A stretch of DNA of 64,000 bases from an uncultured Pseudomonadota bacterium (GCA_900321105.1 OOHL01000001.1:121617-185616); one strand, 5' to 3'; numbered from the stretch's first letter, positions 1 to 10,625 are shown. Numbers and translations are program-made. Notes: a model not told the origin generated them from the sequence alone.

Positions 1-1413
1 ATAAAATTAGGCCATTATGATAATGAAATAGAAAAATTCAAATTAGATCCAACACTTGATAATGATGCGTGGCACCAACAAGTGGAAGCAGTGCATCCGT
101 ATGTAATTGCGCATATCTTTTCCAGCGAAGGTGTTATTTTGGATGTTTATGATGATAATGGGGGAAGGGGTACGCCAACTGTCGGTGCAGGATTTATATT
201 AAGTGATGATATTCATATAAAATTTGCAGAACGCATTCTTCAAAGACCAGTATCTGCATCAAATTTTCATTTAACAAAAAGTGAGGCACGTCTTGTATCT
301 GATGCATGGCTGCGCGAAAAAATTTATCCAGGAATAAAAAAACAATTTAAAACATCTATTGATTCCAAGTTGTTTGTAAGTTTAGCTGTTGCTGCATATA
401 ACAAAGGTCACAATATATACAACGATGGCAACAGTGGTCAAATTGTTCGTGATGCAGTTAATAAAAAACTAACAAATGAAGAAATTTTGCATGCATATAT
501 AAAGGCCTTTGGTGCAACAAAAAAAACACAATGGAGTGGTCTGGCAAATAAATATGCAGTATGTGCAATGTATTATAGTGGCAATGTTCAAGATTCTGTA
601 ATATTAAAAGCAATTGCAGAGGCGCCGTATGCTTTAGATGCTTATGTGAAAGAATATCAAAAAGATACAATTATACCGGGATCTGTACCGGGAAGACTTT
701 TGACATATGGTAACGATGGTCGTGCAAACGGACTTATCGTACCAGAAAATATAGATGAAATGTTATTAAAAACAAAATACAGAAAAACACAAGGGACAAT
801 ACAAGAACCTGTGATGAATTATTTATCTGAAGACGAAGTATACAGAATTATGCACGGACATCTTTTTGATGTGCAATCTGATTTAATAATTCATCTTAAA
901 TCTGATGATGCTGTAAAAGATATCAAAGTTGATAAAAACAAAGTTTTTGAATTAATGTATAATAAAGCACTGGATTTATATAAACAAAATAAATATGAAC
1001 AAGCGGCTGTTGCATATGAACAATTAATAGCTTTATATCCAGATAATGCTTTGCTGCACAACGATTTGTCTGCAACATATAATAAATTAGGAAGGTATGA
1101 CGATGCGATATTACAAGCACAAGAAGTTGTTAGACGAATTGGTGATAAATCTCAATATGGTGCAGCACAATATAATGCTGGTTATGCATATGAACAAAAA
1201 GGCGATTTGAAAAAGGCATTACAGAATTATAAATTAGCATTATCAAATGGTAACAATGCAGCAAAGACAGCATATAAACGTGTAAAAGGAAATATTGCTA
1301 AACAAAAATCAAAAACAACAGCTTTTAATGATGGTATCTTGAAAATCAAAGAAAAACAAAATTATCAAATAGATACAATAGATTTTATAAAAGATAACGA
1401 ATATACAGCATAA
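1..1413 (+). CDS. GH24 (phage-type) lysozyme-like domain fused to C-terminal TPR repeats; 5' end lies outside the window because frame 1 is open from nt 1
   Basis: EG..LDVYDD..G..T.G.G lysozyme catalytic-region pattern; C-terminal YPDNALLHNDLSATYNKLGRYDDA TPR-like repeats; no in-frame stop upstream of the annotated Met. Confidence 0.5.
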   Translation: MKLGHYDNEIEKFKLDPTLDNDAWHQQVEAVHPYVIAHIFSSEGVILDVYDDNGGRGTPTVGAGFILSDDIHIKFAERILQRPVSASNFHLTKSEARLVSDAWLREKIYPGIKKQFKTSIDSKLFVSLAVAAYNKGHNIYNDGNSGQIVRDAVNKKLTNEEILHAYIKAFGATKKTQWSGLANKYAVCAMYYSGNVQDSVILKAIAEAPYALDAYVKEYQKDTIIPGSVPGRLLTYGNDGRANGLIVPENIDEMLLKTKYRKTQGTIQEPVMNYLSEDEVYRIMHGHLFDVQSDLIIHLKSDDAVKDIKVDKNKVFELMYNKALDLYKQNKYEQAAVAYEQLIALYPDNALLHNDLSATYNKLGRYDDAILQAQEVVRRIGDKSQYGAAQYNAGYAYEQKGDLKKALQNYKLALSNGNNAAKTAYKRVKGNIAKQKSKTTAFNDGILKIKEKQNYQIDTIDFIKDNEYTA

Positions 1414-1423
1414 GGAAAATAAA

Positions 1424-3412
1424 ATGCAAGTTTATGTGAATATCGAAAATAAAAGTTGGAAAAAATATAAAATTGATTTCGAAAAAATCGCAAATGCGGC
1501 GGTTTTGCCCGTGCACAAGAATTCAGAAGTTTCGATAACTTTGATCGATGATAAACAAATACATAAACTTAATAAACAATATCGTGGTATAGATAAGCCG
1601 ACAAATGTTTTATCTTTTGAACTGGGTGATGATGTTTTGTTGGGGGATATTTTTATATCGTTGGATACAGTTAAACGCGAAGCAAAGGCCGCGCATATTT
1701 CGGTCGAAGAACATACTGCGCATATGATTGTTCACGGCATGTTGCATTTGCAAGGATATGATCATATAAAAGACAAAGATGCAAAAATAATGGAATCTAA
1801 AGAAATAAAAATATTAGAGAAACTAGGATATAAAAACCCATATAAAGATGAAGAATGTGACATATCTTGTTGTCGTCATAATATCTTTTATAAATTACAG
1901 AATATAAAAATTCGCGAAAACAGTTTTGGGTGGTATTTTACCGCTGGCTTGTTGGGTATTATAACTTCATTTGGTTTTGCACCATTTAATTTATGGATGC
2001 TTTCGGTGTTTGGCATTGGATTTATGTATTATTTAGTAACACGGCAAAACAATCATATAAGTTTTTTGAAATCTTATTTGTTGGCATTTCCGTTTGGCGC
2101 TTTTTACGGAATCGCAATGTTTTGGTGGGTACTGAATTCGATATATGTGATGCCTGAACTAGCGGCTCAATTTGCAATATGGACAATTCCTGCATTGATA
2201 GGCATTGGTTTGTTGTGTGGTTTTATCTTGCCATTGCCGTTTGCGATTATTCGATATGTTCACAGAAATTCTGCACAAAGGGTAATTTTGTTTGCTGTGC
2301 TCTGGGTGCTTGTTTTATGGGGACGTGAATGGTTTTTAACAGGTTTTCCATGGAACCCAATTTCCAATATCACAATGAATATTCCAATGGTGGTTAATTC
2401 TATGTCATTGTGGGGTGCAATCGGATTAAGTTTTGTTATAATCGGTGTCATCGCATCATTTGTTGAATTATGCAGAAAAAACAGAATATCAAATTGGTTT
2501 GTTTTTGTTATGTACATTGTTTTGTTTTTAATTGGTTGTGCATTTGGTTATCACAATATGAGATTATCTGATAATATAATAAATAAATCCCCACTAATAA
2601 GAATTGTGCAGCCGGCACAATCTGCCGTATACAAGATTCCGTCTAGTAGGGAAGAAGCGCAAAATATTGCAAAGCAAAAGATACGCGATTTATTTGTTTG
2701 GGCTACAAATGATAAAGATGAAAATCCATCCATAATAGTGTTCCCAGAAACAGCATATCCATATACTGTTGTTGATAATGTATTTCCGTTGTCACGTATT
2801 TTAAACACAGATGTTATAATGGGTGCCAATTCATATAGTGATGGTAATACATATAATTCAATGGTTGTTGCAGATAAAAATGGAATAATTCAAAAATTAT
2901 ACAGTAAATCACATTTAGTGCCATTTGGTGAATATCGTCCGTTTGGTGATATTATCCCAACACCAGGCGAATTAACTGCTGGAAATGGCAAGGAATTGAT
3001 AAGTATCGGCGAATTTTCTTTTGCACCTGCAATTTGTTATGAAATTATATTTTCAGATTCTTTGGTGCCATATGGTACACATCCTGATGCGATTATCAAT
3101 ATAACAAACGACACATGGTTTGGGATGACGCCTGGTGTGTTCCAGCATCTTGATATGGTTCGCAGATATGCAATAGAATCTGGTTTGCCAATTATTCGTG
3201 CAAATTATTCGGGTATAAGCGCGTTTGTTGGGGCTGATGGGAATGTTATATCTATGATGCCAGTTGGCGAAACAGGAAGTTTAGACGGTTTTGTCTGGGG
3301 GGCACATAATACACCATACAGAATAATAGGACGAGATATGTGGATGGCGTTTATTTTGATGTTTTCAATATTTGCTTCAATATCCATATCCTTGTTTCAG
3401 AAGAAAGATTAG
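1424..3412 (+). CDS. ybeY/lnt: YbeY endoribonuclease domain (N-terminal ~150 aa) fused in one ORF to apolipoprotein N-acyltransferase Lnt
   Basis: HGMLHLQGYDH metal-binding motif of YbeY; then multi-TM region and carbon-nitrogen hydrolase domain (VFPETAYPY, ICYEIIF) typical of Lnt; a single uninterrupted 662-aa ORF. Confidence 0.7.
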   Translation: MQVYVNIENKSWKKYKIDFEKIANAAVLPVHKNSEVSITLIDDKQIHKLNKQYRGIDKPTNVLSFELGDDVLLGDIFISLDTVKREAKAAHISVEEHTAHMIVHGMLHLQGYDHIKDKDAKIMESKEIKILEKLGYKNPYKDEECDISCCRHNIFYKLQNIKIRENSFGWYFTAGLLGIITSFGFAPFNLWMLSVFGIGFMYYLVTRQNNHISFLKSYLLAFPFGAFYGIAMFWWVLNSIYVMPELAAQFAIWTIPALIGIGLLCGFILPLPFAIIRYVHRNSAQRVILFAVLWVLVLWGREWFLTGFPWNPISNITMNIPMVVNSMSLWGAIGLSFVIIGVIASFVELCRKNRISNWFVFVMYIVLFLIGCAFGYHNMRLSDNIINKSPLIRIVQPAQSAVYKIPSSREEAQNIAKQKIRDLFVWATNDKDENPSIIVFPETAYPYTVVDNVFPLSRILNTDVIMGANSYSDGNTYNSMVVADKNGIIQKLYSKSHLVPFGEYRPFGDIIPTPGELTAGNGKELISIGEFSFAPAICYEIIFSDSLVPYGTHPDAIINITNDTWFGMTPGVFQHLDMVRRYAIESGLPIIRANYSGISAFVGADGNVISMMPVGETGSLDGFVWGAHNTPYRIIGRDMWMAFILMFSIFASISISLFQKKD

Positions 3413-3563
3413 ATTCTGGATTGCGTGATTCATCAATACTTTTAATAATTGATGCAATTGATACATCGCGTGATAGGGCTATTTGTTGTAATACTTCAAA
3501 AAATTCTTGTTCAATAGATATACTGGTTTGATGTCCAGACAAAGATACAGATATTTTATGCAT
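3351..3563 (-). CDS. ribbon-helix-helix DNA-binding protein (COG4321-like)
   Basis: KISVSLSGHQTSISIEQEFFEVLQQIA resembles the conserved alphaproteobacterial RHH family; last gene of a tightly packed minus-strand cluster. Confidence 0.45.
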   Translation of the reverse strand: MHKISVSLSGHQTSISIEQEFFEVLQQIALSRDVSIASIIKSIDESRNPESNLSSETRIWILKQILKTSK

Positions 3564-3564
3564 T

Positions 3565-3999
3565 TTATATTTTCCCAACAATTAAACAATCCAACATTGC
3601 CCGATATGGATCATCGTATTTACGTAAAACGGATAATGTTAAATTATCCAACATAAAACAAGTTCCAGACGCATCAAAAGCGAACCAAAACAAATCGTTT
3701 CGTCCAAAAACAGTTTTTCCGAAAAGATTTTTATTGCCGACCATATCTTTGTTAATTTTTATTATAGATGGTAATGGATATTTTATGCCACGTTCAATTT
3801 CCAACGGCCCAAACACACATGCAGAGCCAATTGTTACACCAAAACATGTTGTATAAAAATCTTGTAAAAATGACGGAAACATTGCAGCGCGCATATCTTG
3901 CAAGTTGGTGTTTGCAATCTTTATCGCGGTTAATTCGCGGGCAGGGTAAATTTTTGCACCACGTGATTTTATCAAAGATAAAAATTCTGTTTTATTCAT
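3565..3999 (-). CDS. hypothetical protein; its start codon overlaps the stop of the upstream gene (ATGAATAA)
   Basis: ORF in track; start taken at MNKTEF; translational coupling with 3992..4498. Confidence 0.4.
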   Translation of the reverse strand: MNKTEFLSLIKSRGAKIYPARELTAIKIANTNLQDMRAAMFPSFLQDFYTTCFGVTIGSACVFGPLEIERGIKYPLPSIIKINKDMVGNKNLFGKTVFGRNDLFWFAFDASGTCFMLDNLTLSVLRKYDDPYRAMLDCLIVGKI

Positions 4000-4498
4000 T
4001 TCCGCGCCCCGCCATAAAATTAGATGCAATTTGACTTAATCTGTCGGATGTTGCGTTTCCGCCATCGCCGCCGCCGCCAGTATGGGATGTCACATATATC
4101 TTTTTTTCTGGGTTAGGCAAGAAAACAGTTGTGGCATCGCTTTGTTCAATTATAAATCTGTCCAGATTGTGCGCGTGTGGAAATGTCAAACACAGAAATA
4201 TATTTGATATATCTAAATCACCGCCCCAAATCAAAGGTATTCTGAATCTGATTGATAAATTATCAGGCAATGATTTCCCCATTACCAGATTTATAAAATC
4301 TTCCTGGGGTAAATTCATAAATGCAATTTCTTCAAAAGAATCAGTTAACGATTCTAAAAATTTGCGACGCAAAATAGAATACTTTTTAAACCAGTCAGGA
4401 TCCAATGAACATTTTTTTGGTTCGTATGCCATCACCGGCATATCGTCCATGCCTAACATTGAAAGCCTTTCCATTGCTGAATGTTCATTTAATTGCAT
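3992..4498 (-). CDS. hypothetical protein with a Gly-rich segment (HTGGGGDGGNATSD)
   Basis: 168-aa ORF, codon usage consistent with neighbours. Confidence 0.4.
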   Translation of the reverse strand: MQLNEHSAMERLSMLGMDDMPVMAYEPKKCSLDPDWFKKYSILRRKFLESLTDSFEEIAFMNLPQEDFINLVMGKSLPDNLSIRFRIPLIWGGDLDISNIFLCLTFPHAHNLDRFIIEQSDATTVFLPNPEKKIYVTSHTGGGGDGGNATSDRLSQIASNFMAGRGNE

Positions 4499-4513
4499 TT
4501 TATTTTTTGTCCT

Positions 4514-5398
4514 TTATAGGTTCTTTATATATTGAATAATTGTGTCGATATATTCAGAATATGAAGAGAAACTTTCTTTATCTGATTCATCAATTGCATC
4601 GGCAGGATGTTTGTTTATAAATTCTTTTAATTCATCAATTGATTTAAATATCAATAAAGATTCGTTCGTGCCGTATTTGTTCATTGTGTCCAGTATAAAT
4701 CCATTGATATGTATTGGTATATCATCCAATGTTTCTTTGAATACAGAATCCAGTTTTTGCAGTGCAGATATCATTTTATCTGGTTCGCAATCTACACCCC
4801 CAACCCAAACGATTTCATTATTACCAATTGCAAAAAGATTTGGGGTAAATCCAGATATTTTTGGATTTGGTTTTACAACATATCCTGCTGCGCTAAATGA
4901 ATCTGCAATTATCGAATTATAAGGATTTGTTTCGGGCGATTCTTTTTTTGTTATCTCAGTATGTGATGTATGTTGTTTTTCTGCGATTTGTGCCATGTTT
5001 TTTGGCAGATTTAAACGTGGTGGTCGCGCAACAGAAATAGCAGGTTCTGTTATTTTTATTTCCTCGTTTTCTTCAAGTGTTTTCGATGGAATTGATGTTG
5101 TCTGTTGCACAGTAACAGATTCTTTTTCTGGTTTCATTTTTTGGATTTTTATACGCCGGATTTCTTGTCGATATATCAGGTAAAGCCCAATCATAAAAAC
5201 AAATATCGCAATCGCAAAAGAAATATAAAAACCAGTGCTTATTGGGGTATGTGATGCCTGTAATTTAGATAATTCATTCCAATGTTCGTTGCAAAAAATA
5301 TTGAAATTAAAAATAGTATTTAACCAAAAGGATAACCCCAACAGCACAGTTAATCCCAAAAGGACGGATAATAAAATATCTTCAAGTTTATTTCTCAT
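4514..5398 (-). CDS. hypothetical membrane protein (2 N-terminal TM helices and a C-terminal soluble domain)
   Basis: hydrophobic N-terminus, 294 aa. Confidence 0.45.
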   Translation of the reverse strand: MRNKLEDILLSVLLGLTVLLGLSFWLNTIFNFNIFCNEHWNELSKLQASHTPISTGFYISFAIAIFVFMIGLYLIYRQEIRRIKIQKMKPEKESVTVQQTTSIPSKTLEENEEIKITEPAISVARPPRLNLPKNMAQIAEKQHTSHTEITKKESPETNPYNSIIADSFSAAGYVVKPNPKISGFTPNLFAIGNNEIVWVGGVDCEPDKMISALQKLDSVFKETLDDIPIHINGFILDTMNKYGTNESLLIFKSIDELKEFINKHPADAIDESDKESFSSYSEYIDTIIQYIKNL

Positions 5399-5422
5399 TT
5401 CGTTTTTATTATATCATATTTT

Positions 5423-6112
5423 GTGGTAAACTGGAATCAAATGATTGATATAAACGAAATTTTTTCTGATTCGGATAAAAGGATTGCCATTTGGTGCGAA
5501 CCTGTTGCGGACACCAATGATTTGGCGATAATGTGTGAAAATATAGTTAATAATAATGTGCATTTGATATCAGTTGCACCAGAAATGGTTTCAAATGTTT
5601 GGATGTATCTTGAAAAGAAAAAGATTAAAATATTAACACGATATAATTTTAACCCAGCACCAAAGAATCTGGATAAAGATATGTATGAATTGGCAGAAAA
5701 TATAACAAGTGTGTGTAAATCTGGGGCAGATGGTGTTCAAATATTCTTGCATATGCACGATTTTGAAAATTTTATAGATATGCTGAAAATCGTTAGGGAC
5801 GATTTATTCTTTGGTCATGATTTAGCCATAGCTTTGGATATCCAAGATATAGATATTTGTAATCTTGATTTCCTTTTTCAAAGATTAAGGGATATTCGTG
5901 CTAATATTTTAACTTTGACTTTAAATGAAGATATGGGGAATCGGTCTGACTTTGTTGGACGTGTTTATGGTTTGTTTCAAAATTGGGATTTTGATGGTGA
6001 ATTACATTTTGTGTTGGGAAATAATTTTGACAGAATAGACCAGGTTATTCGCTTGGCTGAAATTTTACGTCCAGAAATATCGGATAAAATAAAATTCTTT
6101 TTGGATTATTGA
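5423..6112 (+). CDS. hypothetical protein
   Basis: 229-aa ORF, no recognisable motifs. Confidence 0.4.
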   Translation: MVNWNQMIDINEIFSDSDKRIAIWCEPVADTNDLAIMCENIVNNNVHLISVAPEMVSNVWMYLEKKKIKILTRYNFNPAPKNLDKDMYELAENITSVCKSGADGVQIFLHMHDFENFIDMLKIVRDDLFFGHDLAIALDIQDIDICNLDFLFQRLRDIRANILTLTLNEDMGNRSDFVGRVYGLFQNWDFDGELHFVLGNNFDRIDQVIRLAEILRPEISDKIKFFLDY

Positions 6113-6777
6113 TTAAGTGACAACACCAGATATTTTGGATTTGTTGTGTTTGCTTTGTTTTTCAATTGATATCTTGTTTGTATGATTTTTAAGTCAGTCG
6201 ATATAACTTTCAGATTTGTTTGTTTTAATTGTTCTACAATCCAATCATAATATTCCCAATGGTCTGTACCGATTATAATTTTGCCACCATTTTGAATATG
6301 TGTTGATAAAATATTCAAAAAATCATGGCTTAAAAGTCTGCGCTTTTCATGTCTGGCTTTTGGCCAAGGATCTGGATGTAGAACCCAAATTTCATCGAAA
6401 TAAGTATTTTTTAAATCTTTCAGCAATAAACGAACATCGTCAGGCCAAACGCGAATATTTTTATATTCGTCCATTAAAATATTATCCGATTCGGTAGTAA
6501 TTGCTGAAAGCAGGGCGGCCACACCGTTTGCAAAAGGTTCTGCACCGATAATCATTTTATTTGGGTTGTTTATCGCCAAATCACGTAAATGTTCCCCGTT
6601 TCCGAATCCTATTTCTAAAATAAGCGGTTTTTCGCCAAAATCAGCGGTATTTGGTGCGATTTTGGGCAATAAGTTATCCATAAGCCACTGTTTTCGGTTT
6701 GATAATTTTTTACCGTGTCTGCGACCAAATGTTCGCAGATTTTGGTTTTCAAAATGTTTTAATTCTTGTTTTTCCAT
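6106..6777 (-). CDS. trmB: tRNA (guanine-N7)-methyltransferase
   Basis: LEIGFGNGEHL SAM-binding motif and HPDPWPKARH motif. Confidence 0.8.
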   Translation of the reverse strand: MEKQELKHFENQNLRTFGRRHGKKLSNRKQWLMDNLLPKIAPNTADFGEKPLILEIGFGNGEHLRDLAINNPNKMIIGAEPFANGVAALLSAITTESDNILMDEYKNIRVWPDDVRLLLKDLKNTYFDEIWVLHPDPWPKARHEKRRLLSHDFLNILSTHIQNGGKIIIGTDHWEYYDWIVEQLKQTNLKVISTDLKIIQTRYQLKNKANTTNPKYLVLSLNQ

Positions 6778-6823
6778 ATAATTAGTATAAAATCAGTTTG
6801 TTATAAAGACAAGGATAAATAAA

Positions 6824-8398
6824 ATGCGTAACGGATTATCAAAAGATTTAATAGCACGCGTATTGGGTGGTGCACCAAAATATACACTTGATGAACTGGA
6901 AACTAAATTCCCAGCAAGAAACTTGCCAGAAGGCGCAATGGTGACACGTTTTGCACCAAGTCCTACGGGTTATATGCATTTGGGTAATTTGTACAGTTTT
7001 TTAATTGATTACAAATTGGCACAACAATCTAATGGTATTTTCTTGTTGCGTATAGAAGATACAGATACAAAACGTGAAATTAAAGAAGCTGTTAATGTTG
7101 TTATAAAAGCATTATCGGATTTTGGCATTAAATATAATAATGATGAACAATATGGTCCATATTATCAATCACAACGTAAGGATATTTATCATTCTGTTGC
7201 TGCTTATTTACTTGAAAAAGGTTTGGCGTATCCTTGCTTTTTAACCCAAGAAGAAATGGATGATATTCGTGAAAAACAGGGTCTTGCGGGTATAGCAACT
7301 GGTATTTATGGTGAATTTGCACGTGATCGTGATATGAGTGAAGAAGACATAATCAAACATCTTGATAATGGCGAAACACCAACGATTCGTTTGTATTCAA
7401 TGGGTGATCCAAATAAAAGAATTTATTTTAAAGATTTTGTGCGCGGTTCTATATCTTTGCCAGAAAATAATGAAGATATTGTTTTAATAAAATCTACGGA
7501 CAGATTGCCAACATATCATTTTGCGCATTTGTGCGATGATCATTTTATGCGTATAACACATGTTGTGCGTGGTGAAGAATATTTTGGAACAGTTGCTTTG
7601 CATATTCAAATGTTTCGTATGATGGGTTGGCAATTACCAAATTATATCCATACGGCAACATTGGATAAAATCGATGAAGAAACTGGTAAACAAAGAAAAA
7701 TGTCTAAACGTAAAGATCCAGAAAATAATATTGCGTTTTTCTTACAAGAAGGTTGGCCAACAGAATCAGTTGTAGAATATTTGGGTAATATTTTGGCGCC
7801 TGGTTATGAAGAAGCAAAATTAAAAGGTCAGGTAAGATGTTTCTGGGATTATGAATTAAAACCAAAGAAAATACCTGGGTCTGGTTCTTTGTTTGATATG
7901 AAGAAACTGGAATGGTGGGCCAAGGAATATATTGCAACATTGCCTGTTTCTGAATTGGTAAAAAATGTTGTTGATTGGGCAAATGAATATGGAAACGAAG
8001 ACAATAAAAAACAAGTTGCAGATGTGCCATATTTAACATCTGTGTTGTCTATTGAACGTGACAATCCAAAACGTATTCGCAAAGATTTTATTACATGGCA
8101 ACAAACATTAAGCGAGGTTTCTTATTTCTGGGATTTCTTGTTCAATGCTAACAAAGAATATGAATATAACAAAGATGTTTTGCGCGAATTTTTGGCGACA
8201 TATAACGCAAATGACGATAAAGATTCTTGGTGGAATAAGATTGTCGCAGTCGCTGAAAAATGCGGTGTTAAACCAGGCGAAGTTGCAATGAATTTGCGTG
8301 TTGCGATGACAGGTCGTACAAACACACCTGATTTGTATTCGGTGATGCAAGTACTTGGCGGTGAACGTGTCAAAGAGAGAGTAAATATGATTTTATAA
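6824..8398 (+). CDS. gltX: glutamate--tRNA ligase (probably non-discriminating, since gatCAB is present)
   Basis: FAPSPTGYMHLGN HIGH motif; KMSKR KMSKS motif. Confidence 0.9.
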   Translation: MRNGLSKDLIARVLGGAPKYTLDELETKFPARNLPEGAMVTRFAPSPTGYMHLGNLYSFLIDYKLAQQSNGIFLLRIEDTDTKREIKEAVNVVIKALSDFGIKYNNDEQYGPYYQSQRKDIYHSVAAYLLEKGLAYPCFLTQEEMDDIREKQGLAGIATGIYGEFARDRDMSEEDIIKHLDNGETPTIRLYSMGDPNKRIYFKDFVRGSISLPENNEDIVLIKSTDRLPTYHFAHLCDDHFMRITHVVRGEEYFGTVALHIQMFRMMGWQLPNYIHTATLDKIDEETGKQRKMSKRKDPENNIAFFLQEGWPTESVVEYLGNILAPGYEEAKLKGQVRCFWDYELKPKKIPGSGSLFDMKKLEWWAKEYIATLPVSELVKNVVDWANEYGNEDNKKQVADVPYLTSVLSIERDNPKRIRKDFITWQQTLSEVSYFWDFLFNANKEYEYNKDVLREFLATYNANDDKDSWWNKIVAVAEKCGVKPGEVAMNLRVAMTGRTNTPDLYSVMQVLGGERVKERVNMIL

Positions 8399-8422
8399 TC
8401 TGTGTATGAAAGGAAGGGAAAA

Positions 8423-9199
8423 ATGACAAAAACTAAAAAAGTTATAAAGCAAAAATTGCGTGCGGTTAAAAAAGACAAGCATGCATATGGTCTTTTAAGG
8501 GTTTTGCAAGCAACAGGACTTTTCCGTTGGGAACGCCCGTCCACGCGTGCAGAAGAAGCAATTAATATTTTAACACATGGTATTGGAATTGGTTTGGCAA
8601 TGGCTGCACTTTGTTTGTTGGTTGCTTTTGCAGTCGTTCATCATAATGTGTGGGCAACAGTTGCATGTTCTATATTTGGTGTCACAATGTTCACTTTGTA
8701 TTTTGGTTCAACAATGTGTCATGCAACAATAGGCGATAAAAGCGAATGCTTTTTCGAAGTATGGGACACTATCGCAATATATGCTTTGATAGCTGGAACA
8801 TATACACCATTTTTGTTGGTTAATTTGAATCGTTGTGGACATACTGCGTTGGGGTGGACTATATTTGGAATTTTGTGGGCGATTGTTATATTTGGTGCAG
8901 TTATGAAAATAGTTAACCCGCATAAGCAACCCAAATGGATGGTTGCTTTGTATCTTGTTATGGGTTGGGCGTTGATATGGATTTTGCCGGCGATGATACA
9001 CACAATTTCAGCACGCGGTATGTGGTTCATATTAGCGGGCGGATTGTCTTATTCTGTTGGTGTTATTTTCTATTTGTGGCGCAAATTAAAATTTGCACAT
9101 GCGTTTTGGCATCTGTTTGTTATCGGTGGCAGTGTGTGTTTCTTTTTCGCGGTGCTTTATGGTTCAATAATAGATTTTGCGGCAAAATGTATTGCATAA
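8423..9199 (+). CDS. hemolysin III / PAQR family membrane protein
   Basis: 7-TM profile with conserved His-rich motifs (HLFVIGG, HATIGD) typical of HlyIII family; start taken at MTKTKK. Confidence 0.65.
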   Translation: MTKTKKVIKQKLRAVKKDKHAYGLLRVLQATGLFRWERPSTRAEEAINILTHGIGIGLAMAALCLLVAFAVVHHNVWATVACSIFGVTMFTLYFGSTMCHATIGDKSECFFEVWDTIAIYALIAGTYTPFLLVNLNRCGHTALGWTIFGILWAIVIFGAVMKIVNPHKQPKWMVALYLVMGWALIWILPAMIHTISARGMWFILAGGLSYSVGVIFYLWRKLKFAHAFWHLFVIGGSVCFFFAVLYGSIIDFAAKCIA

Positions 9200-9200
9200 A

Positions 9201-9228
9201 AAAACACCGGCAAATGCCGGTGTTTTTA
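9201..9228. terminator. bidirectional rho-independent terminator
   Basis: caccggc-aaat-gccggtg hairpin flanked by A-run and T-run between convergent genes. Confidence 0.55.
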
Positions 9229-10557
9229 ATCATTATCAAAAGGATTTTCTGATTTTTGATATTCTATAATTATTGGCAAATGTTCCATCTTTAATGCCGT
9301 TGCGATACCGCGACGCAGATATCGTGTATAAGATTCAGGAATATCAGATGCGCCACCAACATTGATAGTAATTTTAATTGGATGGTGTCCGGTTTGACGT
9401 GCAAACTTAATTTTCATTGGACGTTTCAAACGCGACATAGGTGGTTGACGATCCGCTACTAATTTTTCAACGATACGATTTATTAAACTGGTCGGGGCAT
9501 CGGTATTTGATACGTCCCATTGTTCATAGATACGTTTAAAAAGATTTTGAACACCGGTTCCTTTTTCAGCGGATATTGCAAGTATAAGTGGTTTAATAAT
9601 TTGATGAAAAGAATTAGTAAATTGATGTTTTAATTTTAATAATTTTTCATCCCTTTCAACTTCTTCGACCAAATCCCATTTGTTAAGTGCGACACATAAA
9701 ATCTTGCCGGCATTATAAACACGTGCCGCGATGGACAGTGCCTGATTTTCAATGTTCTTGGTTGCATCGACTATCAAAATTACAATGTCAGATTTTTCAA
9801 TCGCATCCAAAGATTTTAATGCAGATAATGTTTCAACATCATCTGTGACCCCAGCCTTGCGACGAAGACCTGCGGTATCCATAATTACAATATCACGACC
9901 ATAAAAACGTGTTGGGATTTTTACAGTATCGCGTGTGATTCCCGGTGCATCCATAACGATTTGGCGATTTTCACCCAGGACGCGATTTACAAATGTGGAT
10001 TTCCCAACATTAGGTTGACCCAGAACTGCAACCTTTATTGTTTTGTCTTCGGTTTCGTTTTCTGTATTTTCGATTCCACCAATTTTATCAATGAATTCGT
10101 ATATTTCATCAAATCCGCGTTTGTGTTCTGCAGATATTAAAACAGGTTCGCCAAATCCCAGTTTATAGAAATCATGAATATCAGATAATCTTTTTGCAGA
10201 TTCAGATTTGTTTACCAAAAGCAGGGCAGGCGCTTTGCTTTTTTTATGAACCAGTTTTGCCCATTCTAAATCCATAGGGTTTAATCCAATGCGACCATCG
10301 ACAACAAATAAAATAGCATCAGCGTTTTCAATAGTTTTAATTGCCATATCTGTTGAATTTTGTGCAATACCAGATTTGGCATTTTCCAGACCCGCAGTAT
10401 CAAATACAGTCCATGGACGATTTGGAATTTTTCCAGAAATTGTATCGCGTGTGACACCTGGGCGATCGTGGACCAGTGCATCGCGTGAATTTGTTAATCC
10501 ATTAAAAAGCGTTGATTTGCCAGTGTTTGGTCGACCAACGATAACTATGTTTTTCAT
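9226..10557 (-). CDS. der: GTPase Der (EngA), two tandem GTP-binding domains
   Basis: GRPNTGKSTLFN and GQPNVGKSTFVN P-loops; start taken at MKNIVIVG (an alternative upstream Met is at 10569). Confidence 0.85.
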   Translation of the reverse strand: MKNIVIVGRPNTGKSTLFNGLTNSRDALVHDRPGVTRDTISGKIPNRPWTVFDTAGLENAKSGIAQNSTDMAIKTIENADAILFVVDGRIGLNPMDLEWAKLVHKKSKAPALLLVNKSESAKRLSDIHDFYKLGFGEPVLISAEHKRGFDEIYEFIDKIGGIENTENETEDKTIKVAVLGQPNVGKSTFVNRVLGENRQIVMDAPGITRDTVKIPTRFYGRDIVIMDTAGLRRKAGVTDDVETLSALKSLDAIEKSDIVILIVDATKNIENQALSIAARVYNAGKILCVALNKWDLVEEVERDEKLLKLKHQFTNSFHQIIKPLILAISAEKGTGVQNLFKRIYEQWDVSNTDAPTSLINRIVEKLVADRQPPMSRLKRPMKIKFARQTGHHPIKITINVGGASDIPESYTRYLRRGIATALKMEHLPIIIEYQKSENPFDND

Positions 10558-10625
10558 ATCTTTTTCCATTGATTTTTTATAATTATAAAGCAAAAATATA
10601 AATAATCAAACATTGGGGGTAAAAA

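Noticed and set aside
2260-2829. Antisense ORFs inside lnt (2260..2517, 2551..2829 minus), and similar antisense ORFs inside gltX, der, thrS, ftsI, gatA/B and others
   Set aside because: They are fully embedded in strongly supported genes on the opposite strand and show no independent signals.
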